Notes: generated by a model from the letters alone, not told the origin. Numbered from the whole stretch's first letter, positions 18,372-29,270 are shown. The stretch: DNA of 63,924 nucleotides, filler included, from 5 parts of 5 records of this genome joined end to end with filler, not necessarily neighbours in it; one strand, 5' to 3'. Made by a program: numbers and translations.

Positions 18372-21300
18372 TTAAAATGATTTGTATAACCAAACCTGCA
18401 TAAGTGATAGAAGTCTTTCAACATTTAATGGTTTAGTTAGATAATCTGAAGCACCAGCTTCGATACAATTCCTATAGTCATCTTTCATTGCTTTTGCAGT
18501 TAATGCTATAATTGGAAGAGACTTAAATTTCTCAAATTGTCGAATCTGTTTCATCGCTTCATATCCATTCATAATTGGCATCATGATGTCCATTATGATC
18601 ATATCGATATCAGGATTAAGCTCAAGTACTTCAATGGCATTTTTCCCATTTTCAGCAGTCAATACTTCTATATCTTTTTCTTCCAGGACACTGGTAAGAG
18701 CAAAAATATTTCTAATATCATCATCAACAATCAAAACTTTTTTTCCCTGAAATTCAGAACCTTTCTCTTTAAAATCTTTAATTATTTTTTTGTTTTGATC
18801 ACTCAAGTTATCTTCCATTATGTGTAAAAACAGAGTAACCTGATCAAGTAATTCTTCGTGTGATTCAGCACTTTTGATAATTATCTTTTCTGAATATAAC
18901 TCTAAGAATTTTTTTTCTTTTTGAGTTAATTCTCGCGCTGTATAAACTATGATAGGAGTATCCTCTATTTTCCCTGTTTTATTCAGAACTTCTAATAATT
19001 TCATTCCATTAATATCAGGTAGAGAGAGATCAAGTACAATACAGTCATATTTCTTTCTATTGATCATCTCAATGGCTTCATTTCCCGACTTTGCTGATTC
19101 TAGATGTATTAGTTTAGATTTTGAGAAAACTTCACTTAGCATTTCTAATTGAGCAAAATTATCCTCAATGACCAAGATATTTCTCATCTCTTTCTCGTTG
19201 ATGAACTCAAGTTTATCAAATGCCTCATAGAGCTCTTCTAACTCAGCAGGTTTTTTGATAAAGCCTGCTGCACCTAATTTTAAACCAAGTCCGGCATTTT
19301 CATTTCCGGAAATAATGTAAACAGGGATATGCCTGTTTTTTAGATTATTTTTAATCTTGCCCAGTACTGTCCATCCATCAACATCCGGCAAGCCTAAATC
19401 AAGTAATATTCCTTGCGGATAATACTTTTCAACCATATCGATAGCATCATGACCATTAAGTGATATTATTCCTTTATACCCTTTTTCTCTGCTAAGTTCA
19501 AGTAAAACATTTGCAAAATCTGTATCATCTTCAACAATTAATACAACTTTATCATTTTTTTTCAGTGTTTCACGATCATCATTAATTTTTTCCAAATCTT
19601 GTATAGGATTATTTTCCGTGATTTTTACTTTGTTTTCTATTAAATTTTCTTGTATTTCAGAAAAATTAAGATTAGTACTTTTATCTTCTTTTAATGGAAG
19701 ATAAACTTTAAAAGAACTTCCATGATTTTCTATACTTGTTAATTCAATAAATCCTCCAAGAAGAGCAGCCAAATTTTTAGTTATAGATAAACCTAAACCT
19801 GTTCCGCCATATTTTCTATTGGTACTCCCGTCAGCTTGTTTGAAAGCTTCAAAGATTGAAGTTTGAACTTCATTGGGAATACCGATTCCCGTATCCCTGA
19901 TTTCAAAAACTATCATATTCTCACTATTGTTAATAGCTCCATATATGTTTAAACTTACACTTCCTTTTTCAGTAAATTTAAACGCATTTGAAAGTAGATT
20001 TTTGATAATTTGATTCAGTTTTCTTTCGTCCGTTTTAATAATTGGCGGAATATCATCATTTATTCGAAGTTTAAACTCTAAATTTTTCTCATCAGCAATA
20101 GCCTTAAAGCTTTTTTCATAAAATTCAACAGCTTCGATTAACTCTAACTCTTTTATTTCAAGTTCAGTTTTACCTGCTTCAATTTTAGAAAGATCAAGAA
20201 CTTCGTTTATTAAATCAAGTAAATCATGACCTGAACGATAAATTGTCTGAACTTTCTCAATCTCTTTATTATCCAAATGATTATATTTATTTTCAGACAA
20301 GAGTTTCGCAAGTATTAATATGCTGTTCAGTGGAGTTCTTAGTTCGTGACTCATATTAGCTAAAAACTCTGATTTATATTTACTTGATTTTAATAATTCA
20401 GTTGATTTTTCTTCTAAATTTGACCGAATTTCAACTAATTCTTTATTTTGTTTTCCAACAGCTTCTTTTTCTTGTTTGAGCAAAAGAGTTTGTTCTTCAA
20501 GTTCTTCATTTGTTTGCTTTAATTCTTCCTGCTGTTGTTGTAAAAATTTCTCTGATTCAAGAAGTTTCTGTGTTTGCTCTTCGAGTTCTTCGTTAGTCTG
20601 CTTAAGAGTTTCTTGTTGATGTTGTAATTCATCAGATTGTTTAAGAGTTTTATTAAGTAAAATATTGAGATTCTCTTTTGCTTCTGAAGTATGAAGAGCA
20701 ATAGCGATACTTTCACTTATTAAATTTAAGAAATCTATTTTTATATTATTTATTTCTTTTAAAAATGCAAGCTCAATAACTGCTTTTACTTCTTTATTAT
20801 AAATACACGGAATTACTATTATATTATTTGGCATAGTATTTCCCAGACCTGATTTAAAAGAAATATAGTCGTCAGGTAAATTATTAAGTACGAAAGTTTC
20901 CTCATCAATAAGAACCTGTCCTAAAACTCCCTCACCTTTTTTAAAACTCATATTATTTGTATTATGAGAAGTGTAAGCATATGAACTATTTAGCATAAAA
21001 GTTTCTTTCTGCTCAGCTTCAATAAATAAAGCTCCCATTTCAGCACCTGAATATTTACACAAAAAAGTTATTATGTCTGTTGTGAGAGTTAAAACTTCTT
21101 TTTCTTCTCGCATTAGATTATTCAGTTCACTTTGCCCTGTTTTAATCCATGAGTCCCGTTCATTTTGTTCAGTTGATATTTTTAAAGCATCTACAAGATT
21201 GATTAAAGCTATTGCCAGATCATCTTCATCTGATCTTTTGCTTATTTCAACTGAGAAATCTTTTTCAGCTAATTGATTTGCCTGTGTAATAACTTCTAAA

Positions 21301-23360
21301 AAACTTGTTCTCATTTGATTAATTGCATTACCAAGAGGATCATTTTTACTTCTAATATTGAATGACTTAGAAAAGTTTCCGATTGCCATGTTTTTGCATA
21401 TAGCAGTAGCTTCTCTTATAGAGAATACAACACTGGTAAAGCTGTCGTTGAGATTTGAAAATTCATTTGTAGTAGTTTTGAGTTCAGCCAATTCATTATT
21501 TCCTAAAGCAATTTGTTTTGCCCAATTTTCTAAATCTTTGATAGGTTTACTAATTTCACGAGTAACTCTATATGAGATCATTATTATGCCTAGTATTCCC
21601 AGAATAGCTACAGTTAAGATCATATATCTCAGAGTTTCTACACTTTGAAATGCCTCTTTAGTGCTGATTTCAGAAATGATAAGCCAGTTTAAGCCATCAA
21701 TATTTAGTTTTGAATAAGAAGAGATTACTTTTTCATTTAGATAATTTCTTGTAATAAGAGTCTCGTTAATTTCGTTTAAGGCATTTAAAACAGCATCTGT
21801 TTTAATTTTAGTTTTTTCAGGCATATCCAGTGAGTTTTCAAGAGAGTATAAAGTTTTATCTCTTGAAGAGTCAGATTTAATCAAATAATCTGATCCGACT
21901 AAATATGTTTCATTTGTGTAACTAGAGCTTTTAGAGGATTTCATTATGTCATTTATTTTATTTCCTAAAAACTCAGCTGCAATAATCATAATAATTTCAT
22001 TATTTTCAATAATAGGAATCCCAATAAAACCAGCAGCTTTCTTATTTAGAGCTTCATAAAGACTAAAATCTGTTATTTCATATTTTTTAGATGATTCAAT
22101 ATTTTTAACAAGTTGAGCTAGATTACTGTCAGAATATTTTCCATATAAAATATTTCTATGATAATCATCTTTCTTTTTAACAGAATAAAAAACTTCGCCG
22201 TTAGGATGAATCAGAAAAAGATCTGAGAAGTTAAACTTCCTGGTAAATTCCTGATAAATATCTAATGAAGTTTCATTTAACTTCTTATCAATAATTTCCT
22301 CTAGATTCATTTTAGTTACAATTATCCAATTCAAACCAAAACTAAAAAGAGGTTCAGCAATAACCATAACTAATTTCCCCTGCGAATCTGTAAAGATTTT
22401 TTTAACTCTTTCTCCATTAAAAGCACTTTTCCAGTATTCAAGATTTAAATCACCATTATATCCAACGATGAATTTTCCCTCTCCTATAGTTTGCAGATCA
22501 CTTCTGAAAGATTCATTATCATCAACTGTTCCGGCTAAGTATGTTTCACCGCTTGAACCAAGAGCTTCCGGATTTTTCATGAGTTTATTAATTGATGTTT
22601 TATTATATCTTGCAGCTAATACATAAGTTTTGTTATTAAGCATGACAGGGATAGCAGTAAAGAGTGACATCTCACTATTTGCCGGAGTATATTCATCAAA
22701 ATCTTCAAGAACAAACGTGTGCTTTTCAAGTGCTGACTTATACGTTTTAGCCAATGGAGTATGACTTAAACTTCCATAATTTAGATTTTTACCTAATTCT
22801 TGTGTGATTCCGGAAGAATAAATTAGTTTAGATGTATCTGTGTCAATTAGATAGATAGTTGAAGGTTTAGAAAGGAGTGAAACTTTCTTAAACTCTTGAT
22901 CGATTTTACGTTTTAGAATACTAAAATTATTATTATTAATATCTATAATTAAGCTTTCTTTATTATCATATTTATCCAAATATTCTTTTAAATCATTTAA
23001 TGCTGATTTAGTTATATCAAGTTTAGATAGATTTATTAAATCGTTTCTAATAGTATCAAAATAATTTATAATACTTTTTTTCTTCAATGAAGTAATGGTC
23101 TCCAGCTTAGTATAACCATCATCTTTATATGTATTTACAACTTTTTGAAGAATTTTTAAGCTTTCTTTTTGACTACTGAATAGATCTTCTACTTGAGCAG
23201 CTTTAGTATCTCTAATGGATTCCAGTTTAATATATTCGACCTTTTTCAGAGAAGCCGAAGCAGTAAATAAACTACAAATAGCAATAATTAAAGCTGGAAT
23301 AATACCAACGATTAAAAAACTAATTAAAAGTCTATTTGATAATTTTCTGAATTTAAGCAT
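18372..23360 (-). CDS. Hybrid sensor histidine kinase: TM, Cache-like sensor, TM, HAMP, GAF, coiled coil, HisKA, HATPase, three receiver domains
   Basis: FLANMSHELRTPLN, NLLSNAFKFT, DTGIGI, GGTGLGL; receivers VEDD/LDLGLP, IEDN/LDLSLP, VDDD/MDIMMP; probable ATG at 23360 after AAAGGAGA. Confidence 0.93.
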   Translation of the reverse strand: MLKFRKLSNRLLISFLIVGIIPALIIAICSLFTASASLKKVEYIKLESIRDTKAAQVEDLFSSQKESLKILQKVVNTYKDDGYTKLETITSLKKKSIINYFDTIRNDLINLSKLDITKSALNDLKEYLDKYDNKESLIIDINNNNFSILKRKIDQEFKKVSLLSKPSTIYLIDTDTSKLIYSSGITQELGKNLNYGSLSHTPLAKTYKSALEKHTFVLEDFDEYTPANSEMSLFTAIPVMLNNKTYVLAARYNKTSINKLMKNPEALGSSGETYLAGTVDDNESFRSDLQTIGEGKFIVGYNGDLNLEYWKSAFNGERVKKIFTDSQGKLVMVIAEPLFSFGLNWIIVTKMNLEEIIDKKLNETSLDIYQEFTRKFNFSDLFLIHPNGEVFYSVKKKDDYHRNILYGKYSDSNLAQLVKNIESSKKYEITDFSLYEALNKKAAGFIGIPIIENNEIIMIIAAEFLGNKINDIMKSSKSSSYTNETYLVGSDYLIKSDSSRDKTLYSLENSLDMPEKTKIKTDAVLNALNEINETLITRNYLNEKVISSYSKLNIDGLNWLIISEISTKEAFQSVETLRYMILTVAILGILGIIMISYRVTREISKPIKDLENWAKQIALGNNELAELKTTTNEFSNLNDSFTSVVFSIREATAICKNMAIGNFSKSFNIRSKNDPLGNAINQMRTSFLEVITQANQLAEKDFSVEISKRSDEDDLAIALINLVDALKISTEQNERDSWIKTGQSELNNLMREEKEVLTLTTDIITFLCKYSGAEMGALFIEAEQKETFMLNSSYAYTSHNTNNMSFKKGEGVLGQVLIDEETFVLNNLPDDYISFKSGLGNTMPNNIIVIPCIYNKEVKAVIELAFLKEINNIKIDFLNLISESIAIALHTSEAKENLNILLNKTLKQSDELQHQQETLKQTNEELEEQTQKLLESEKFLQQQQEELKQTNEELEEQTLLLKQEKEAVGKQNKELVEIRSNLEEKSTELLKSSKYKSEFLANMSHELRTPLNSILILAKLLSENKYNHLDNKEIEKVQTIYRSGHDLLDLINEVLDLSKIEAGKTELEIKELELIEAVEFYEKSFKAIADEKNLEFKLRINDDIPPIIKTDERKLNQIIKNLLSNAFKFTEKGSVSLNIYGAINNSENMIVFEIRDTGIGIPNEVQTSIFEAFKQADGSTNRKYGGTGLGLSITKNLAALLGGFIELTSIENHGSSFKVYLPLKEDKSTNLNFSEIQENLIENKVKITENNPIQDLEKINDDRETLKKNDKVVLIVEDDTDFANVLLELSREKGYKGIISLNGHDAIDMVEKYYPQGILLDLGLPDVDGWTVLGKIKNNLKNRHIPVYIISGNENAGLGLKLGAAGFIKKPAELEELYEAFDKLEFINEKEMRNILVIEDNFAQLEMLSEVFSKSKLIHLESAKSGNEAIEMINRKKYDCIVLDLSLPDINGMKLLEVLNKTGKIEDTPIIVYTARELTQKEKKFLELYSEKIIIKSAESHEELLDQVTLFLHIMEDNLSDQNKKIIKDFKEKGSEFQGKKVLIVDDDIRNIFALTSVLEEKDIEVLTAENGKNAIEVLELNPDIDMIIMDIMMPIMNGYEAMKQIRQFEKFKSLPIIALTAKAMKDDYRNCIEAGASDYLTKPLNVERLLSLMQVWLYKSF

Positions 23361-23384
23361 ATGATGTGATCTCCTTTGCAAGTA

Positions 23385-24275
23385 TTATTTTATAATGATC
23401 ATATCTCTTCCGCTATTTTTCGCTGTGTAGAGTCTTTGGTCAGCAATTTGCATTAATGAAGTTATTGAGTTTACTTCATTTGAGTTAAATTCATCAAATT
23501 CGGAAATACCGGCTGAGAAAGTAAATTGCAGTACTTTACAACACGAGAGAAAAACCCCTTCTTTAACTTTATTTTTAATACGTTCAAGTACATTTTGAGA
23601 TTCATTACGATCACAATCTACAAATAATATGGTGAACTCTTCTCCGCCAAATCTGGCTACAATATCATATGGACGTACTTCGTCACTTAGAATCTTAGAA
23701 AATTTTTCAAGGACTTCATCTCCGCACATATGTCCATATGTATCGTTAATATCCTTGAAAAAATCAATATCTAAAATAGCAACACTAAAATTAGTACAAG
23801 TTCTCTTAGAATGATTAAGAATCTCATCACCTCTAAGATTAAAGTATCTTTTATTATATAACTGAGTAAGGGTATCAGTTGTTGCGAGTTTAAATAATTC
23901 CTGTTCTTTTCTTTTAATCTCTATAGTTTTTTTGATTCTTGCATGTAGTATTTTTGCATCAAAGGGTTTGGTAATATAGTCATAAGCTCCCAAATCAAGA
24001 CCCTCAATTATATCATCAGATTGAGCCTTTGCAGTAACAAATATAACTGGTATATCTGAAAAATTAGGGATATGAGTTAACTCTTTTGCGATTTCAAAAC
24101 CATCACCATCTGGTAACATAATGTCAAGCAGGATAATATCGGGCAGAGTATTGTCCAAAACATTCATCATCTCTTGCCTTGATTTTGCAATGGTAAGTTT
24201 ATGCTCTCGCAAAATCCTTTTATATAAAAATACATTTACATCTTCATCATCAACTACGAGAATATTGTGATTCAT
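23385..24275 (-). CDS. Response-regulator diguanylate cyclase (REC-GGDEF, WspR/PleD-like)
   Basis: VVDD, LLDIMLP, KPF; DTLTQLYN, DIDFFKDINDTYGH, RPYD I-site, RFGGEEF. Confidence 0.93.
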   Translation of the reverse strand: MNHNILVVDDEDVNVFLYKRILREHKLTIAKSRQEMMNVLDNTLPDIILLDIMLPDGDGFEIAKELTHIPNFSDIPVIFVTAKAQSDDIIEGLDLGAYDYITKPFDAKILHARIKKTIEIKRKEQELFKLATTDTLTQLYNKRYFNLRGDEILNHSKRTCTNFSVAILDIDFFKDINDTYGHMCGDEVLEKFSKILSDEVRPYDIVARFGGEEFTILFVDCDRNESQNVLERIKNKVKEGVFLSCCKVLQFTFSAGISEFDEFNSNEVNSITSLMQIADQRLYTAKNSGRDMIIIK

Positions 24276-26029
24276 TAAATTTCTCCTTTCACTAGTAATT
24301 TTGGTAAACTAAAGCAAACTCGGGTTCCTGTTCCCTGCTCACTTTCCACATCAATTTCTCCCTGAATATATTCAGCAAAAAGCTTAGATTTACTTAGTCC
24401 AATACCTAAACCGTTAAAATTGTGTGCTGATTTTCCTTTTTTAAAACTGTGAAACATATACTCCATATCACTTTTTGAAATACCAATACCTGAATCATGA
24501 ATTTCAAATTTTAATTTATTACTTGTTTCGAAAACCTTAAAAATTATATTTCCGCTATGTGTAAATTTAGTAGCATTATCCAGAAGATTACATAAAATAT
24601 TTTTAATAATATATTGATCTGAGATAAACTCATATTCGTTATTTAAGTTGTTTTCAACAGTAAAATTTATCTTGTTTTTTTTGGTGTTATCTTGTTTTAA
24701 GAGATGTTTCACTTTATTGTTAATAAAGTGAATAACTCCTTTGATTTTTATTTTTGAATATTTGATATCAAAATCACCTGATTCGAGTTTTGAAAAATCT
24801 AAAAGATTGACAATTAATAAAGTTAATCTTCTAGCACTTTCATGAATAAGTTTTAGTCCTTCTTGGAATTCAGGTTCGATTTTTTTCTCATTCATAAATG
24901 ATGATGAGATTTTCTCTACTCTTTTAAGTGGGATCTTAAATTCTGATCGAACACTGGCTATAAAATTCTTTTTAAGTAGCTGTAATTTTTTATGATTGAT
25001 TATATCTTCCGGAAGATCTTTTCGCAATAAAAAAACTATTTTACTTTTTCCGTTTTTTTCTTCAACTAAGATACTTCCACCAATAATTTCTGTTAAGAAT
25101 TTTGATTTAGCCAAAAGACCTACTCCGGTAGTTTTACAACGTTCGATGATAGAGTCTCTAAGTAATTTAGTCATCATTATTTTCATTTTATTTTGGACTA
25201 TTTTCAAGTTGGAACTATAGAATTCAAAAATATAATGTTGTGAATTTTCACATATCTTTAGTTTAACTACTCCTGAATCAGTAAAATTTGCAGTATTGAC
25301 TAAAATATTGGAAAGAATCTCAGTTAAGATTTCTTCATCGTTTATTAATTTAGTTTTGGGTTTAATATCATTCTGAATTTCAAATGTAACCTCTCTTTTT
25401 TCTTTACAAAACTCTTCTGTTAAATTAGTCATAATTCCGTTGCAAAAAGATATAATATCTTCTATAGCAACTTCTTCTTTGTAAAAAGAGTAGTTATTTG
25501 ACTCAAATTCAGAGAAATTAAGAAGTTCTTCAATAAGTCCAAGTAGTTTTGCTCCACTTTTATTTATAATAGTTAAACCTTGCTCAAATTTACTACATAT
25601 GTTCTCATCTACTAAAAAAGAGTTTGATATTCCTATAATTCCATTTAATGGAGTTCGGAATTCGTGATTAACACTTGAAATGAAGTTATTTCTAAGTTGA
25701 GTAACTTTTCTTTTGTTAAGTATTTTATCCAGTTTCTTAAGTGTTAAAATAATTTTATTTCGATCGATTTTAACAAAATTTTGCTCAAAATTACCAAATC
25801 TGGTGTTACTTTCAAATCGTAAAAATTCGTTATTTTTTAGATTTCTAATTTTTTTTGTATCAATGCCGGTAAAAATAGCTCCTTTTGTAATGTTATGGTT
25901 CAATAATTTTTCTTTAATAAATTTACTTGAACCTTCTGTTAAATTAATAACATCAATGAAATCAAGATCATTATTGAGAACAAGAATACTGCTTTGTAGT
26001 TCATTTAGCATTGAAAATTCGATACACAT
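24275..26029 (-). CDS. Cytoplasmic histidine kinase with two tandem HisKA-HATPase modules
   Basis: Module 1 has NHEFRTPLN but degenerate G boxes; module 2 has RSEFKIPL (no His) with intact NLLDNATKFT, DSGIGI, GLGIGL; probable ATG at 26029 after AGGAGAG. Confidence 0.85.
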   Translation of the reverse strand: MCIEFSMLNELQSSILVLNNDLDFIDVINLTEGSSKFIKEKLLNHNITKGAIFTGIDTKKIRNLKNNEFLRFESNTRFGNFEQNFVKIDRNKIILTLKKLDKILNKRKVTQLRNNFISSVNHEFRTPLNGIIGISNSFLVDENICSKFEQGLTIINKSGAKLLGLIEELLNFSEFESNNYSFYKEEVAIEDIISFCNGIMTNLTEEFCKEKREVTFEIQNDIKPKTKLINDEEILTEILSNILVNTANFTDSGVVKLKICENSQHYIFEFYSSNLKIVQNKMKIMMTKLLRDSIIERCKTTGVGLLAKSKFLTEIIGGSILVEEKNGKSKIVFLLRKDLPEDIINHKKLQLLKKNFIASVRSEFKIPLKRVEKISSSFMNEKKIEPEFQEGLKLIHESARRLTLLIVNLLDFSKLESGDFDIKYSKIKIKGVIHFINNKVKHLLKQDNTKKNKINFTVENNLNNEYEFISDQYIIKNILCNLLDNATKFTHSGNIIFKVFETSNKLKFEIHDSGIGISKSDMEYMFHSFKKGKSAHNFNGLGIGLSKSKLFAEYIQGEIDVESEQGTGTRVCFSLPKLLVKGEI

Positions 26030-26421
26030 GTATACTCTCCTATCTCTGTATTGAAAAACCGTTAACATTTCATCAAAATTGACAACAATTAAATTGAGAA
26101 CTCCTGATTATTCTTTGAGTATGTAGCAATATAAGTCTAGCATATAAATATTGAAAAATCCAATTTAATACTTTAAATTTTATATACAAATACGAGCTTC
26201 CATTTAACTCAATAATTAGTGCTTTGATAAATAGCATCCGCAAACGATTTTAGTTAATAATTGCAGGAAATTAATCAAGATAAAACGTTGATATTTCATT
26301 TAAAGTATGCTAACATTAAATAATAAGACACACAATTTGTATAATCAGACCTTTACATAAATTACTTTGAGAATTTTTAGTATTATGTAAGGCTCATATA
26401 ATGTGGATACGGGGGAAAATT

Positions 26422-28440
26422 GTGAGAGTAAAATTATATGAATATGACTTCAAAGATAGTATTTTTATTGTCTTTGATAATAACTTCAATATAATAAAAC
26501 TAAATAAGTATATTAAGAATCTTTTGATGGATGAAAAGATTCCCTTTTCTGATGGAAGGAAAGTTCTGGACTTTTTAAAAGAGAGGTTTGCTATTGCTAC
26601 TTTATGGAACGATGTTGATCTGATTATTTCTGAAAGAAGCGAGATAAAACTAGAAGATGTTAATAATAAACACAAATTCAAAACTATCTTGTTTTCTTCG
26701 AAAAAAACACTAAATAGCAACAATGAAGAATTCATAATAGCAATGTCAAATAGAAATGAACTTTACTTTAACTATCAATTGGAACAATTTTTAAGTAGGG
26801 ATGATGAAGGTTTAATATTTTATGATAATGCTCAGAATGAACTTCTTTATACAGAGGGTTTTCTGAATATTTTTAATATGCCTGAAAGAGATTATGAGTT
26901 GAAAGATTTTTTTGATTCATTTCACTCAAGGATTAATAGGGAAAACAATCAAAATCTGCTTTTGAAAAACAACTTTTTTAAATATAATAAATTTATAGAT
27001 ATAATTAAATTAAATGACGGAAGAGAAATCGAATTTTTATATGAAAAATTCAATGTAACAGGTGCGAGTAATAATGCAGTTTATACATTTAGACCTGTGA
27101 AAAAACAAGAAACAGAAGCTCTGGAGGGGGACCGTTTAACGGGACTTTCAAATAGAGAATCACTTTTGTCTCAGCTGGAAAATTTAGTAAAAAGTTATAA
27201 AACCAATCAACATGATCATTTTTCTATTTTACTTATAAATATTAATGATTTTAAAGTAGTAAATAATTTATTTGGATATAAAATGGGTGATTTTGTACTT
27301 AAGCAGGTTGCGAACAGATTAAACTCATTAATAAGAGAATATGACGTTTTGGGAAGACTAAATGGAGATGAGTTTATTATTCTTCTAAGGCATTTCAAAA
27401 CAGTCGAAAGTATAAAATATATAGTTGATAGAGTACTGCAAAAGATGGAACAACCGATACGATTGTTGAATCGTACATACAAAATTACAGCAAGTATTGG
27501 AATCTCAAATATGAATCAAGATGTTAAGTCTGCGTCTGAACTGTTGAAGACAGCAAGTATTGCACTGCACAATGCACAAAGACTTGGAAAAAACACTTAC
27601 TGTTTTTATGAAAATAAAATGGATAGAGTATTCCTAAAAGAGTATGAGATTGAATATGAATTAAGAGAAGCAATTAGAAATAATGATTTTCTTGTATATT
27701 ACCAGCCTTTAATTGATTATGAGAAGATGAGAGTTCTTGGTGTTGAAGCTTTAATAAGATGGAAACATCCGCAAAAAGGAATTATATCTCCAATTGTATT
27801 TATAACAATTGCTGAAAAAACAGGACTTATTCTTGATATAGGTAAATTAACTCTGAAAAAAGCTTATGAGGATATTAAAAAAATAAATGAAGAGTTTAAC
27901 TTAATGTTAGCTGTGAATATATCGCCAAAACAGTTTAAAAGTGATGAATTTATTAATATGATAAAGCAGCCGTGTGAAGAAGAGTGCTGTTCATGCTGTT
28001 GCTTAGAAGTTGAGCTGACAGAAAACGTTGCAATGGAAAATACAACTACAACAATCAATAATATGAAAAGATTAAAAGAGATGTCTGTTAGTCTTGCAAT
28101 TGATGATTTTGGAACCGGATATTCATCTCTGGCATATTTAAAGAGATTTCCAATAGATAAAATTAAAATAGACAGATCGTTTGTTAGAAATATTGAGTTT
28201 GATCCTGATGATAGAGCAATTGTTAAAGCTATAATCTCTATTTCTCGTGATTTAGGTCTTGATATATTGGCAGAAGGTGTTGAAACAGCTGAGCAATTAA
28301 GAATAATAAACGAGCTAGGGTGTCATAAATTCCAAGGCTATCTGTTTGACAGACCGATTCCTTTTGACCAATTACTGGATAATTTAAGAAAAGGAAAATA
28401 TGCTGAACAATTAAATAAATTAAAGAATAAGCTAAGCTGA
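26422..28440 (+). CDS. GGDEF-EAL protein (probable c-di-GMP phosphodiesterase; GGDEF altered to NGDEF)
   Basis: DRLTGLSNR, RLNGDEF, YQP, VEALIRW, VNISPKQF, ELTE, IDDFGTGYSSL, KIDRSF, AEGVET, QGYLF; probable GTG start at 26422. Confidence 0.92.
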   Translation: MRVKLYEYDFKDSIFIVFDNNFNIIKLNKYIKNLLMDEKIPFSDGRKVLDFLKERFAIATLWNDVDLIISERSEIKLEDVNNKHKFKTILFSSKKTLNSNNEEFIIAMSNRNELYFNYQLEQFLSRDDEGLIFYDNAQNELLYTEGFLNIFNMPERDYELKDFFDSFHSRINRENNQNLLLKNNFFKYNKFIDIIKLNDGREIEFLYEKFNVTGASNNAVYTFRPVKKQETEALEGDRLTGLSNRESLLSQLENLVKSYKTNQHDHFSILLININDFKVVNNLFGYKMGDFVLKQVANRLNSLIREYDVLGRLNGDEFIILLRHFKTVESIKYIVDRVLQKMEQPIRLLNRTYKITASIGISNMNQDVKSASELLKTASIALHNAQRLGKNTYCFYENKMDRVFLKEYEIEYELREAIRNNDFLVYYQPLIDYEKMRVLGVEALIRWKHPQKGIISPIVFITIAEKTGLILDIGKLTLKKAYEDIKKINEEFNLMLAVNISPKQFKSDEFINMIKQPCEEECCSCCCLEVELTENVAMENTTTTINNMKRLKEMSVSLAIDDFGTGYSSLAYLKRFPIDKIKIDRSFVRNIEFDPDDRAIVKAIISISRDLGLDILAEGVETAEQLRIINELGCHKFQGYLFDRPIPFDQLLDNLRKGKYAEQLNKLKNKLS

Positions 28441-28462
28441 CAAAAAATGTCAGCTTTTTCTT
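28434..28462 (+). terminator. Intrinsic terminator
   Basis: AAGCTGACA-AAAAA-TGTCAGCTT then T-run, overlapping the stop codon. Confidence 0.75.
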
Positions 28463-28692
28463 TTTGTTAAAATTTATATAGTTGTTTTTTTCAACTATTT
28501 TTACATAAATATTCACTTTTTGTTTAAATAATTCTATAAATTCATTTTAAACTCTTTCAAAAACACTAAGCCTATGATTTTGCCCTGAAAATATTTGGCT
28601 TTGAACTTTGCAAATGTTATAATTTAGTAATATTTGAATAAATCAAATAAATACTGACGGGGAACGTATTGGAGAATATATTAGGAGGGGAA

Positions 28693-29061
28693 ATGAAAAA
28701 TCAAAATAAAGCGATTATTGCATATATAGCGGGGAAAAATTTACTAAATGTAAAAAATCATTCAATTTACGATAATTTATTGAAAACTAATATATTAATT
28801 GAGGGGATAGTAAATAATAGTAAAGTAAATGTGAGTATAAAAGATAGTAATTTTAATCTTTTCGGAGAATTTGAAACAACTAAAATTAAGTTATATAACA
28901 AAAATAATAATTCGTGTATCGAGTTAGAGTTTTATGGTGATAAATTTATTGGAATGGATAATTGTTCCGGGTTTCCATATGAAGGGAAACTAGAGGGAGA
29001 TATAATATCTCTATATGATTATGAAGATGGAAAAAATTGTAAATATAGTTTTATGGATTAA
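28693..29061 (+). CDS. Hypothetical protein (beta-rich)
   Basis: GGAGGGG RBS before ATG 28693; own terminator; no recognised motif. Confidence 0.75.
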   Translation: MKNQNKAIIAYIAGKNLLNVKNHSIYDNLLKTNILIEGIVNNSKVNVSIKDSNFNLFGEFETTKIKLYNKNNNSCIELEFYGDKFIGMDNCSGFPYEGKLEGDIISLYDYEDGKNCKYSFMD

Positions 29062-29082
29062 TAAAGCAATGAAATAAACACT

Positions 29083-29113
29083 AAAACATCTCCAATAGAG
29101 GAGGTGTTTTTTT
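29083..29113 (+). terminator. Intrinsic terminator
   Basis: AAAACATCTCC-AATAGA-GGAGGTGTTTT plus T-run. Confidence 0.75.
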
Positions 29114-29270
29114 AGTTTTTTGAATTAGTAAAAAAAAAGAAAAATTATTTACAAAAATTAAAAGGAATTCTAGCAATTTCTTAGAAAAATAATACATAAT
29201 AGAGTTGAAGTAAATTCTTTTAATTCGGATAGTATGTATTATGGATGTTCCAATAATAGGGGGAATTTAT

